Notes: generated from the letters alone by a model not told the origin. A DNA stretch of 64,000 nucleotides from Chloroflexota bacterium (GCA_040389445.1 JAZJZX010000014.1:130744-194743); one strand, 5' to 3'. Positions 48,788 through 58,337 are shown, counted from the stretch's first letter. Translations and numbers: made by a program.

Positions 48788-49252
48788 GTGAACAACAAGC
48801 CGACGTACATCTCCAGGGAAGGCCTCGAGAAGCTCCGCCAGGAGCTGGAAGAGACCGTGTCCGTGCGTCGCCCCGAGGTCGCGAGTCGGATCCACGACGC
48901 GAAGGAGCACGGGGATCTCAGTGAGAACGCCGAGTACGAGGACGCCAAGAACGAGCAGGCATTCGTCGAAGGCCGGATCCAGACCCTCGAAGCGCTCATC
49001 AAGAATGCGACCCTGATCGACGAACACCATTCCAAGGATCTCGTTCAGATCGGATCGACCGTGACCGTCAGGGGTCCCGACGGCGAGGAGTCGTTCACGA
49101 TCGTCGGGTCGACCGAGGCACGCCCGACGGAAGGCCGGATCTCCAACGAGAGCCCGGTCGGTCGCGCCCTCCTGGGCCGCAGAAAGGGGGACAAGATCAC
49201 CGTCCGCGTCCCCGCGGGCGACATCTCGTACGCGGTCGTGGGAATCGCCTAG
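48788..49252 (+). CDS. greA: Transcription elongation factor GreA
   Basis: …YISREGLEKLRQELE… is the N-terminal coiled-coil finger. …GDLSENAEY… and the C-terminal FKBP-like domain are present. GTG at 48788 follows GGGAG. Confidence 0.8.
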   Translation: MNNKPTYISREGLEKLRQELEETVSVRRPEVASRIHDAKEHGDLSENAEYEDAKNEQAFVEGRIQTLEALIKNATLIDEHHSKDLVQIGSTVTVRGPDGEESFTIVGSTEARPTEGRISNESPVGRALLGRRKGDKITVRVPAGDISYAVVGIA

Positions 49253-49347
49253 CCTTCGAGGTCGGCGGCGGCGGTCCATCCGCCGGAGGTACGGCGGATC
49301 TGGTCCGATCGACGCCTCCCAGCCACCATCAAGGAGCAGAGCCAGGC

Positions 49348-51078
49348 ATGGATTGGGCGGACGAGCTGGCCGCGCGCGTCACCGGACCGCAGGTCATCAA
49401 TGATTCGAAGACCCCATCCGGCACCGTCCATGTCGGCAGCCTCCGCGGACCCGTGATCCTGGATGTGATCACGCGTGCCCTGCGCGCAGCCGGTCATGAC
49501 ACGACCCTTCTGTATGGGGTCGACGACCTCGACGCCATGGACGCCCAGGCACTCCTGACCCCGGACGCGGTCGACCGCTACATGGGCGTGCCGCTCGCGC
49601 ACATCCCGGATCAGGCAGGGGACGGCCATGACTCGTATGCCCGGCATCACGCCCAGACGTTCATCGACCTGTTCGCGAATCTCGGGATCCACCCCGACCG
49701 CTACTACTGGATGAGCGACATCTACCCGACGGGGGCGATGGACGGGTTCATCCGGACGGCCCTCGATCGCGCCGCCGTGGTCAGGGACCTCTACCGGCGG
49801 GTATCCAACGTCCAACACCCCGATACCTGGCATCCCGTCCTGGTGATCTGCGAACAGTGCGGCAAGGTCGGCACCACCATCGTCACGCGATGGGACGGGG
49901 AGCGGGTGTTCTACGAATGTCGCGCGAATCTGGTCACATGGGCGCACGGGTGCGGCCACTCGGGCTGGGTGGCACCGTTCGGTGGGCGCGCCAAGCTGCC
50001 CTGGAACCTCGAATGGGCGGCCCAGTGGAGCCTGTTCGGCGTGACAATCGAGCCGTGCGGCAAGGACCTCGCGACGGCGGGTGGCTCCCGGGACCGGTCC
50101 GACGCCATCGCGCGCGAGGTGTTCGAGCGCGAGCCGCCGATCAACGTGGCCTACGAATTCCTGAACATCGCCGGCCGAAAGATGTCCACCTCAAAGGGTC
50201 GGGGCGCCGCTGCGCATCGAATCGTCGAGGTGATCCCGCCCGAGCAGCTCCGAACGCTCTTCATCCGGCCCCGCCCGAACCATGCCATCGAGTTCGATCC
50301 CGAAGGAACGGACGCGATCCCGCGCCTGTTCGACGAGTTCGACAAACTGGCCGACGCAACGGCAGGCCGCCCGGTGAAGGGTGAGATGGCCCCGGGATAC
50401 GAGTCCGTCTTCCGCCATGCCCTGCGGGACGCCGACGCCGACGTTGCCGCAGAGGCCGCGGCCTTTCGGCCGAACTTTGCGCATCTCGCGTTCCTCGCCC
50501 AGGTCCCGGGCGTCGACATCGTGGCGCGCATGACCGACGAGAAGGGTTCGGCGCTGAGCGATCGCGAGCGGGCCATCCTCGACGAGCGTGTGGCGGCGGC
50601 GCGGGCGTGGCTTGCGTCCTACGCTCCGGACCGCGCCCGGATGACGGTTCGCGACGTGGTCCCGGAGGAAGCATCGGCCCTGGATGACGCCCAGAGGGCG
50701 TTCCTCGGAGCGCTGGCCGATGCGGTGACGTTCCCCGGCGCCGGCGAGCCGCTGGCGGCTGGCGGCGACGAGCCGCTGGCGGGTGGCGACGACGAGCCCG
50801 TGGCGGGCAGGGTTGCCGCGGCCGGAACGGCTGCGGGTGCCGTGGGCCGACCCGCGGGTGGTGATGCGTGGCAAGCGGCGATCTTCGCCACGGCCGCAGA
50901 CCTCGGGCTCCCGCCCGGCCGAGCGTTCGCGGCGCTCTATCTGGCGTTCCTCGGGCGTCCCAGCGGTCCCCGTGCCGGATGGCTGCTGGCCGGGCTCCCC
51001 CCGGCCTTCGTCGCGCAGCGACTGCGCCAGGTTGGTGCCGGCCGTGGGACGATGAGCACGGCAGGAGGTGCGGGATGA
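49348..51078 (+). CDS. lysK: Class I lysyl-tRNA synthetase (archaeal-type LysRS)
   Basis: Class I HIGH-like motif …TPSGTVHVGSLRG…, KMSKS motif (KMSTSKGRG), and a zinc-binding CxxC…CxxC segment. ATG at 49348 follows AAGGAG. Confidence 0.8.
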   Translation: MDWADELAARVTGPQVINDSKTPSGTVHVGSLRGPVILDVITRALRAAGHDTTLLYGVDDLDAMDAQALLTPDAVDRYMGVPLAHIPDQAGDGHDSYARHHAQTFIDLFANLGIHPDRYYWMSDIYPTGAMDGFIRTALDRAAVVRDLYRRVSNVQHPDTWHPVLVICEQCGKVGTTIVTRWDGERVFYECRANLVTWAHGCGHSGWVAPFGGRAKLPWNLEWAAQWSLFGVTIEPCGKDLATAGGSRDRSDAIAREVFEREPPINVAYEFLNIAGRKMSTSKGRGAAAHRIVEVIPPEQLRTLFIRPRPNHAIEFDPEGTDAIPRLFDEFDKLADATAGRPVKGEMAPGYESVFRHALRDADADVAAEAAAFRPNFAHLAFLAQVPGVDIVARMTDEKGSALSDRERAILDERVAAARAWLASYAPDRARMTVRDVVPEEASALDDAQRAFLGALADAVTFPGAGEPLAAGGDEPLAGGDDEPVAGRVAAAGTAAGAVGRPAGGDAWQAAIFATAADLGLPPGRAFAALYLAFLGRPSGPRAGWLLAGLPPAFVAQRLRQVGAGRGTMSTAGGAG

Positions 51079-52424
51079 GCGTGGGTATCGCCAGGCTTCG
51101 CGACGAGCCGGATGCGATCCGGAAGGGGGCAATCGACAAGGGCGAGGATCCGTCCATCGTCGAAGCCGCCCTCGAGGCGGACGCTCGCCGGCGCGCGCTC
51201 CAGGGAGAGGGCGACGTGCTGCGGGCCGAGCGCAATACTGCTTCGAAGGCGATCGGCGAGGCGATCAAGGGCGGCGCGCGGCCCGACGGGTCCGAGGTGG
51301 CCGCGCTGCGCGCCCGCTCCACGGAGATCGGCGAGCGACTCGCCACCATCGACACCGAGCTGGCTGAGGTCGAGGCGACGTTCGAGGACCTCCTGCTCCG
51401 CATCCCCAACCCCGCCGAGACGGACGTTCCGGTCGGTGGGGAGGACGCCAATGTCACCCTCCGGACGTGGGGCGAGCAGCTCCCGCATGACCAGCCGCTC
51501 GAGGGCGAGATCGGCGCGGATGCACCGGCCGGCGGCACCACGTGGCAGCGCCGGCCGCACTGGGAAATCGCCGAACACCTCGGGATGATCGACCTCGCCC
51601 GCGGGGCCAAGATCGCCGGCTCCGGCTTCCCGGTCTACAAGGGCACGGGTTCGGCGCTCCAGCGCGCCCTGATCATGTGGTTCCTCGACGTGCATACCCG
51701 CGAGAACGGGTTCACCGAGGTGTGGCCTCCGATCGTGGTCAACCAGGCTTCAGCACGGGGCACCGGCCAGATTCCCGACAAGGAAGACCAGATGTACGTG
51801 GTCTCGCGCGACGACCTGTACTTGGTCCCGACCGCGGAGGTGCCCGTCACGAACCTTCATCGAGACGAGATCCTCGAGGCGACCGAGCTGCCGATCCGCT
51901 ACGCCGCGTATACACCCTGCTTCCGGCGGGAGGCGGGCGCCGCCGGAAAGGACACGCGCGGCATCCTGCGGGTCCACCAGTTCGACAAGGTCGAGATGGT
52001 CCTGTTCGAGCGGCCGGAGGCCTCAACCGAGGCGCTCGAGTGGATGACGGGCGTGGCGGAGGACCTCCTCCGCCGGCTTGGGCTGGCCTATCGCGTCCTG
52101 CTCATGGCGACGCGCGAGATGGGCTTCACGCAGGCACGCAAGTACGACATCGAGGTCTGGTCTCCCGGTGTCGAGCGCTGGCTGGAAGTGAGCTCCTGCT
52201 CCAATTTCAAGGACTTCCAGGCGCGCCGCATGGCGGTGCGGTACCGGCCCGAGCCCGGTGCGAAGCCGGAGCTGGTCCATACGCTCAACGGCTCGGGCCT
52301 TGCCCTTGCGCGGATCGTCGCGGCGATCCTGGAGACGTATCAGCGTCCCGACGGGTCAGTCGATATTCCGGCCCCGCTCCGGCCGTACATGGGGATCGAC
52401 TGGATCCCGGCCCCGCCGGCCTGA
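51075..52424 (+). CDS. serS: Seryl-tRNA synthetase
   Basis: The N-terminal coiled-coil arm is MSVGIARLRDEP… Class II motifs are …FRREAGAAGKDTRGILRVHQFDKVE… The start shares ATGA with the lysK stop. Confidence 0.9.
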   Translation: MSVGIARLRDEPDAIRKGAIDKGEDPSIVEAALEADARRRALQGEGDVLRAERNTASKAIGEAIKGGARPDGSEVAALRARSTEIGERLATIDTELAEVEATFEDLLLRIPNPAETDVPVGGEDANVTLRTWGEQLPHDQPLEGEIGADAPAGGTTWQRRPHWEIAEHLGMIDLARGAKIAGSGFPVYKGTGSALQRALIMWFLDVHTRENGFTEVWPPIVVNQASARGTGQIPDKEDQMYVVSRDDLYLVPTAEVPVTNLHRDEILEATELPIRYAAYTPCFRREAGAAGKDTRGILRVHQFDKVEMVLFERPEASTEALEWMTGVAEDLLRRLGLAYRVLLMATREMGFTQARKYDIEVWSPGVERWLEVSSCSNFKDFQARRMAVRYRPEPGAKPELVHTLNGSGLALARIVAAILETYQRPDGSVDIPAPLRPYMGIDWIPAPPA

Positions 52425-52500
52425 CCGCCCATCGGCATCGCCGCTCGCCCGCCGGACCGCCCATCGGCATCACCGCCCGGACCGCTGCTATTCTCGTGTC

Positions 52501-52587
<87 letters not shown>

Positions 52588-52863
52588 CGTTGCCATCGAC
52601 ACGAGGCGAGTGGCGCCCGGGAGCGAGCCACGATGGTCAAAGCGACAGAAGACCTGCGACCTTGACCCAGGCCCGCTCGTATGCCTCCCAGCGCGCCATA
52701 TGGCGGCACGGGCGTTCGGTAAGTGGAAACCGTCACTAACCGGCGCGTATTGACGTCCCTCCATATTGGCGCCGACCCTGACGGAGGCGCCAAGGCCGAG
52801 AAATTCGAGAAGACCCAGCCACGCCACAATGGCGAGAGGCGTCGGCGTCCGTGGAGAGTCGAC

Positions 52864-53526
52864 ATGAAGCACTCTGCGATTCGAGCCCTCGTCGCGATGC
52901 TTCTAGCTGCCTTTTTGCCTTCGGGCCGAGTTCCGATCGCGAGCGCATATCACGATGCCGCGACGACCAAATACTTCGGTTCCTCTTAGAGCCATATCTG
53001 CGACACCACACCACTGAGCCAGTGCGTCGCCAACGATGCGGCGCATCGCTACACGAGAGGCGCCGGGCTCGACGACCTTCGCTGGGCCGCTACCGAGCGC
53101 GGCTTCATCATTTGGGGCGGGAACAGTAACATCAATGTCAGCACGCTTGGGCCTCAGTGGGACGTTTTCGTGTACGAAGTCAACAGTCCCCTTGTGAATG
53201 CGTTTGCATGGGGTCAATGTGTCCCCGAAGGACCCTACGGCGGGCAGTTTGGAAGCTCGGATGCGGCCCACACTCGATGGTGCTCCCCCTCCATCATCTA
53301 CTGGAACACGTGGTCAGCGGCAGCGAACAAGGTCAGTACGGTGCAGAAGCGAAACTACATCGGGTGTCATGAATCCGGGCACACGGTGGGACTCAGGCAT
53401 CGCACCGTGGCCCACACGACGTGCATGACGACTCCTGCGAGCGGCCCATCGGATCCGAACTCGGTTGTCCCGAGTGTCGAGAATCCCTCGTCCGATGACT
53501 ACACCCGGATCAATCTGCACGATTAG
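52864..53526 (+). pseudogene. Secreted metzincin-type zinc metalloprotease (snapalysin-like; HESGHTVGLRH = HExxHxxGxxH) interrupted by a single in-frame TAG at 52987-52989
   Basis: ATG at 52864 (GGAGAG upstream) starts a classic signal peptide MKHSAIRALVAMLLAAFLPSGRVPIASA. The same frame continues through the amber codon into the catalytic domain (the ORF-track entry at 53170 is in the same frame as 52723). Confidence 0.6.
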
Positions 53527-53539
53527 GCGGAGGAAGACC

Positions 53540-54301
53540 ATGGCCAATCCCTTCGGGTCGCTACTGAGTCCAGCCAGCATCGCTCGCGCACGCATCTTGT
53601 TCGTGGTCGTCTCGGTTGCAGTTTCGGCGTGCTACGGTCCAGCCGCGGTCGCGCCCAATTCGTCGGACCAGCCGCCAGAAGCCTCGGACCAGCCGCCAGA
53701 AGCCTCGGACCAGGCGATCCGGTACCCCGCGGATAAGATGTGGGCGTTTCTGGCCTCGACGCCCGACCTTCAGCGCGGCTTTGATTCGCTCGACAAAGCT
53801 GTCATCGGATCTGACGCGGTTGTCGTCGGCCGCTTCGTCGGTCTTGAGCGAGGTCAGTCGTACTCGGTTCCCGGCGCGGCGTTTTCGTCGTGGAATGCCA
53901 TTGCTCTCATCCAACCCGATGAGGTGATCGGCGGCAAGGCCAATCTCGATGCCCGCGGATTGCTCCGGATCGAATTCGTTCTTGTCGTGGGGGGCAAGGA
54001 GTATCCAGACGTGGAGTTCGCCAACCTCTCGGCCTCGATCCCTGGGGGACCCGCCCTCCTCTTCCTCGTAACGATGGCAACCTACTTCGATCGCGCTGGA
54101 GGCGATATCCCGGAAGGTTTCGAAGCGTTGTATTCAACAGACATCTACCGCACCGTCGGCGGAGATGGCGCCATCCGCATCGAAAACGGCGTCTTGGAAC
54201 CGCCCTCGTACATCGATGGATGGCCCCTTGCCTTGGATGGGATCGCGATATCAGACGTGGAGAAAACCATCCGCGCCGTGAAGAGGAACGTAGCGCCGTA
54301 G
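53540..54301 (+). CDS. Putative lipoprotein / secreted protein with a tandem DQPPEAS repeat
   Basis: ATG at 53540 lies 6 nt after GGAGGA. The signal peptide ends in a lipobox-like AVSAC. A perfect 21-bp DNA repeat (tcggaccagccgccagaagcc x2 plus a partial copy) at 53663-53712 encodes SDQPPEASDQPPEASDQ. Confidence 0.5.
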   Translation: MANPFGSLLSPASIARARILFVVVSVAVSACYGPAAVAPNSSDQPPEASDQPPEASDQAIRYPADKMWAFLASTPDLQRGFDSLDKAVIGSDAVVVGRFVGLERGQSYSVPGAAFSSWNAIALIQPDEVIGGKANLDARGLLRIEFVLVVGGKEYPDVEFANLSASIPGGPALLFLVTMATYFDRAGGDIPEGFEALYSTDIYRTVGGDGAIRIENGVLEPPSYIDGWPLALDGIAISDVEKTIRAVKRNVAP

Positions 54302-54558
54302 CAGGTCGAATCACCCGCGCCAACCTCGCTCGACCATACGAATAGTTGTCGATCAGCGAAGTCGTCGGGAAGGGGATGGCGGACGAGCACGGCTCAGCGT
54401 GGCAAGGGATCGGGAGCGAGGGACGCCCGTCGGCCAGGCCGGCACTTGTCGCGGCGAGATGCCACCGAATCGAGGGTGACTATCACTGACGTCTCGCGAT
54501 CCGGGCGCATTTATGCGAACCTGTCGCGAGGAGCCGGGTGGGCACACGCAGGGCTGGC

Positions 54559-54617
54559 CCTGTCTTGAAAACAGGCGGGCGAAAGCCCCGTGGGTTCGAA
54601 TCTCACCCTCTCCGCCA
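54559..54617 (+). repeat. Partial copy of tRNA-Ser (anticodon stem through CCA). An attR-like direct repeat, not a functional tRNA.
   Basis: 57/59 nt identical to 52528-52586. The 5' half of a tRNA (acceptor 5' strand, D-arm) is absent upstream. Confidence 0.7.
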
Positions 54618-54655
54618 GGACCAGCGCCCGGTTCCACGAACGGAAGGACACTCCG

Positions 54656-54946
54656 ATGCCGCTCTGTGAGCATTTCGAAACGGGCATCGAAGTCGACGAG
54701 CCGAGCAACGTGTGCCAGACCTGCGTGGACATGGGCTCGACCTGGGTCCATCTGCGGCAGTGCCTCAATTGCGGGAAGACGAGCTGCTGCGACAACAGCC
54801 CGAACCGGCATGCCACCGCGCACTTCCGCGCCGACGGCCACCCGATGATCCGTTCTGCTCAGCCCGGCGAAGGCTGGCGCTGGTGCTACACCGACGACCT
54901 GATCTTCGTTCCGGGCCTGGACGGCTACGAGGTTGCTGAGGACTGA
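54656..54946 (+). CDS. UBP-type zinc-finger (zf-UBP) domain protein, 96 aa
   Basis: MPLCEHF…C..C…W.HLRQCLNCGKTSCCDNSPNRHATAHF…HP… is the Cys/His spacing of a zf-UBP domain. ATG at 54656 follows GGAAGGA. Confidence 0.6.
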   Translation: MPLCEHFETGIEVDEPSNVCQTCVDMGSTWVHLRQCLNCGKTSCCDNSPNRHATAHFRADGHPMIRSAQPGEGWRWCYTDDLIFVPGLDGYEVAED

Positions 54947-55015
54947 AATCCCGGGTCGCCGCCGTCGCGCCCGAACGGGACTTCGATCCCGCGCAGGCCA
55001 CCGCGGTCGGCCGGA

Positions 55016-55978
55016 TCAACTCGGGCGGAACTCGGCGAGGATGGCGGCAGACCGCACTGGATCGGGGAACGAGGCCTGGGTTCCCGGGCGCGTGACGCTG
55101 TCCGAGGCGCACGCGAGGCCGAGCCGCACGGCATCCAGCTCGTTCAGCCCGAGGGCGAGGCCCACGGCGAATGCCCCGACGAACGCATCGCCGGCACCGG
55201 ATGTGTCGACCGCCGCGACGACACGCGCCGGGAGACGCGTCACCGCGCCGTCCACCCCCACGAGGGCCGCGCCGCGAGACCCGAGCGTGACGATCAGCCG
55301 CGTCGCGACCCGGTCGGCGAATGCGAGCATCGCGGCCTCGGTCACCTCGCCGGCCGCGCCGGACAGGATCCCGAACTCCACTTCATTTGGGACCAGCCAG
55401 CCCGTGAAGCCCAGGAGCTCCGGCGAGATCGGCGCGGCCGGCGCCGGATTGAGGATCGTGATCGCACCGCGTCCGCGGGCCGCCGCAAATCCTGCGGCCG
55501 TCACGGCTTGCGGGATCTCCAACTGCCCGACGCAGACATCAACCCGCGGCACCGCGTGCACCGCGCCGTCCGCGTGCTGCGGCGTGACCAGATCGTTGGC
55601 GCCGGGGACCACGATGATGCGGTTCGTGCCGTCCGCCTCGACCCAGATCGGGGCCACGCCACTGGATCCGGCCACCCGCATCACGCCGGAGGCGTCGATC
55701 CCGAGGCGCTCGAAGTTCTCGACCGTCATCGCAGCGTAGGCGTCGTCCCCGAGGGCACCGATGAATGAGACCTCGGCACCGAGGAGCCGCGCCATGACGG
55801 CCTGGTTGGCCCCCTTGCCGCCAAAGCCCGACTGGAATCGGTCGCCGATCACGGTCTCGCCCGGGCCGGGTGCGCGTCGCGCATAGGCGATCAGGTCGAT
55901 GTTCATGCTTCCGACCACCGCCACTGCAGCGGGTCGAGCCTGCGATCCTCCCACGCATCCCTCCGAGTGCCTCGCCAT
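55016..55978 (-). CDS. PfkB-family carbohydrate kinase, ribokinase-like
   Basis: …VVGSMNIDL…GGKGANQAV…, and a C-terminal …DTSGAGDAFVGAF… (ATP-binding DTxGAGD) motif. The start was chosen at the ATG at 55978; the ORF is open to 56026. Confidence 0.75.
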   Translation of the reverse strand: MARHSEGCVGGSQARPAAVAVVGSMNIDLIAYARRAPGPGETVIGDRFQSGFGGKGANQAVMARLLGAEVSFIGALGDDAYAAMTVENFERLGIDASGVMRVAGSSGVAPIWVEADGTNRIIVVPGANDLVTPQHADGAVHAVPRVDVCVGQLEIPQAVTAAGFAAARGRGAITILNPAPAAPISPELLGFTGWLVPNEVEFGILSGAAGEVTEAAMLAFADRVATRLIVTLGSRGAALVGVDGAVTRLPARVVAAVDTSGAGDAFVGAFAVGLALGLNELDAVRLGLACASDSVTRPGTQASFPDPVRSAAILAEFRPS

Positions 55979-56070
55979 GCCCGCCGACCGGGCGCCGTGC
56001 GAAAAACCTTGACGGCATTGTGTCATCTGGGCTACGGTTTCTGCAATCGTTGTCAGTAACCGTTGCCGCG

Positions 56071-57129
56071 TTGGGAGGGACTCCGCTGGCCGCGCCCCGC
56101 CGTACGACCACGATCACCGATGTCGCAGACCGCGCAGGTGTCTCGGCATCCACCGTCAGCCGCCATCTCCGCGGCGACACGGTCCGCAACGCGGTGACCA
56201 TCGACGATGCCATCCAGACCTTGGGATTCCGCCCGAGTCGGGCGGCCCAGGCGCTGAAGTCGGGCCGCACGGGTGCCATCGCCCTGGTCGTGCCGGACAT
56301 CACCAATCCGTTCTTTGCCGCGGTCGTGCGGGGTGCCGATTCCCTCTCGTCGGCCGAGGGCTACACCGTCTTCCTCTCGAACACCGACGAGAGTCCGGAG
56401 CGCGAGGCCGACGTGCTGGAGGACCTCCTCGGGCGGGTGGACGGAATCATTCTCGGTCCGGCTTCGGAGGACGATCAGAACCCGCTCGTCGTTCATCGAG
56501 CCGGCGTACCGCTTGTGTTCATCGATCGCGAGATCCGCGGATCGGGCGTCGACTTCGACACCGTTCTGGTCGACAACCAGGGCGGCGCACGCCAGGCCGT
56601 CGAGCACCTGGTGGGTCTCGGGCATCGAAGGATCGCGATCGTCAGCGGCCAGCTGGAATCGACGCCCGGTCGCGAGCGCTACGAAGGATTCTCCGCTGCC
56701 ATCGAGGCAGCCGGACTCGACCTTCCGGACGCCTATGTCCAGTTCGGTGCCTTTCGCGAGCGCGAGGCCTATCAGTCGATGCTGCGCCTCCTCGCCTTGC
56801 CCGAACCACCGACCGCGGTCTTCGTCGGCAACAACCTGATGACCATCGGCGCACTCCATGCCGTTCGCGACATGGCGATCCGCGTTCCAGACGACCTGTC
56901 GATCGTCGGCTTCGACGACCACGCCTTTGCCGACCTCCTGGCCCCGCCCCTGACCGTGGTGGCCCGACCGATGGAAGAGCAGGGTGTCCTGGCGATGCGC
57001 CTCCTCCTCAACCGCATCGATGGCCGCGGTGATGCGTCGCCTCGCCGGATCGTCCTCGACACGACGCTCACCGTTCGCGGCTCCACCTCGGCACCCGCCG
57101 TCCCGCAGCCCCGGACCCGGCGTCGATGA
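56071..57129 (+). CDS. LacI-family transcriptional regulator
   Basis: HTH …TITDVADRAGVSASTVSRHLRG… followed by a periplasmic-binding-protein-like sugar-binding domain. The start is uncertain (TTG at 56071 chosen; the ORF is open from 55870). Confidence 0.7.
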   Translation: MGGTPLAAPRRTTTITDVADRAGVSASTVSRHLRGDTVRNAVTIDDAIQTLGFRPSRAAQALKSGRTGAIALVVPDITNPFFAAVVRGADSLSSAEGYTVFLSNTDESPEREADVLEDLLGRVDGIILGPASEDDQNPLVVHRAGVPLVFIDREIRGSGVDFDTVLVDNQGGARQAVEHLVGLGHRRIAIVSGQLESTPGRERYEGFSAAIEAAGLDLPDAYVQFGAFREREAYQSMLRLLALPEPPTAVFVGNNLMTIGALHAVRDMAIRVPDDLSIVGFDDHAFADLLAPPLTVVARPMEEQGVLAMRLLLNRIDGRGDASPRRIVLDTTLTVRGSTSAPAVPQPRTRRR

Positions 57130-57177
57130 GCGCCCGGACGGCCATCACGCAGCAGCCCGAATCCTGGAGTCACCGCG

Positions 57178-58173
57178 ATGCATGAATCAGCGTTCTGGAC
57201 GACCCCGGTTCTGGCCTCGGTGCGGCCGGTGGTCGAGCATGCCCGGCATGTCACGACCCATCCGGAAGCGGTCCGATCCGTCGCCGGCTGGATGGCCTAC
57301 GAGGAGTTCGGGCTTCCCGATGGGATGCTTCAGTTCGACCTCGGTTCGGATCTCGACCTGCTCACCGACACGATCATGTTCGTCTCCCTGCTGAACTTCG
57401 CCTTCACGGACTTCACGACGCGCGTGAAGTACGAAGTGGACTACTTCGGAAAGCGCTGGACCGACAGCGAGGGGATGTTCGCGAACATCCATGAGGCGAT
57501 CGTCACGGGCGTCCCGATCCTGGACGGCGCATGGATGGCGAAGGTCGATCGTGCCGGTCTGGAGCGCCTCTTCCGCGGCACCATCGAGATGCCGATGCTC
57601 GACGAGCGCGTGCAGGTTCTCAATGACGCCGGCGCGGTCCTCCTCGCTCGCTACGGGGGCCGCTTCCACAACTGGGTGCAGGCCTGTGCGCCGGCGATGT
57701 ACGCCGGGGGCGACGGCCTGCTCGAACGTCTCGTCACGGAATTCCCGCGCTTCAATGACGTGTCGACGTACGACGGACATCAGGTCAGGTTGTTCAAGCT
57801 GGCCCAGCTCAGCCTCTGGTCGCTCCACGCCATCCACAGCCGGTTGGGTGGAATCGCGATCCGCGACCTGTCGAACATGACGGCCTTCGCCGATTACATC
57901 GTCCCGGTCGGCCTGCGCGTGATGGGGATCACGTCCTACACCCCCGAGCTCGAGGCACGCATCAATCGCGGCGACATCATCCACCGCGACTCGGCCGAGG
58001 AGATCGAGATTCGGGCCCACACCCTCTACGCGACGGCGCTCCTCACCGAGGAGATCAACAAGCTCCGGCCGTCCGACATGCAGCTCGTCATCCCGCAGGT
58101 CGACTACCGGTTCTGGAAGACCTATCACGCCACCTTCTGGCCGCACCACCTGACCCGGACGGTCATGTATTGA
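57178..58173 (+). CDS. Queuosine-salvage family protein (DUF2419 / Qng1-like, queuosine 5'-phosphate N-glycosylase/hydrolase family)
   Basis: 331 aa. Segments …LLTDTIMFVSLLNFAFTDF… and …KYEVDYFGKRWTDSEGMFANIHEAIVTGVPILD… match the conserved DUF2419 blocks as I recall them (…DTLNFSFW…, …Y.G..YSGYW.L…A…G.PI…). No search was done. Confidence 0.6.
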   Translation: MHESAFWTTPVLASVRPVVEHARHVTTHPEAVRSVAGWMAYEEFGLPDGMLQFDLGSDLDLLTDTIMFVSLLNFAFTDFTTRVKYEVDYFGKRWTDSEGMFANIHEAIVTGVPILDGAWMAKVDRAGLERLFRGTIEMPMLDERVQVLNDAGAVLLARYGGRFHNWVQACAPAMYAGGDGLLERLVTEFPRFNDVSTYDGHQVRLFKLAQLSLWSLHAIHSRLGGIAIRDLSNMTAFADYIVPVGLRVMGITSYTPELEARINRGDIIHRDSAEEIEIRAHTLYATALLTEEINKLRPSDMQLVIPQVDYRFWKTYHATFWPHHLTRTVMY

Positions 58174-58279
58174 GCGGCCCGTCAACCGGCTGTCGACCGA
58201 TGTCGGCGGCCGGAGCCCAGGTCACGAGAGGAGGGAATAGCTGAGAGTCTTGAGGGGGGCTTTGTTCGATTGATCAAGC

Positions 58280-58311
58280 GCCACGCGCGCCGAATGTGTG
58301 CGCAGCGTGGC
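58280..58311 (+). promoter_or_regulatory. Stable GC-rich hairpin in the 165-nt leader of the ECF S-component gene (gccacgcgcgc…gcgcagcgtggc), ending 6 nt before the SD. Candidate riboswitch or attenuator element.
   Basis: An 11-12-bp stem with a 9-nt loop, read from the sequence. GGGAGGG is at 58317-58323 and the ATG at 58338. Confidence 0.3.
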
Positions 58312-58337
58312 CAGAGTGGGAGGGTTCGGAAACAACC

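Noticed and set aside
54520-54617. Possible second complete tRNA-Ser gene
   Set aside because: Only the 3' 59 nt (anticodon stem to CCA) match. The upstream sequence cannot form the 5' acceptor strand (no GGAGAGG complement) or a D-arm. It is therefore interpreted as an att-type partial duplicate, not a tRNA.
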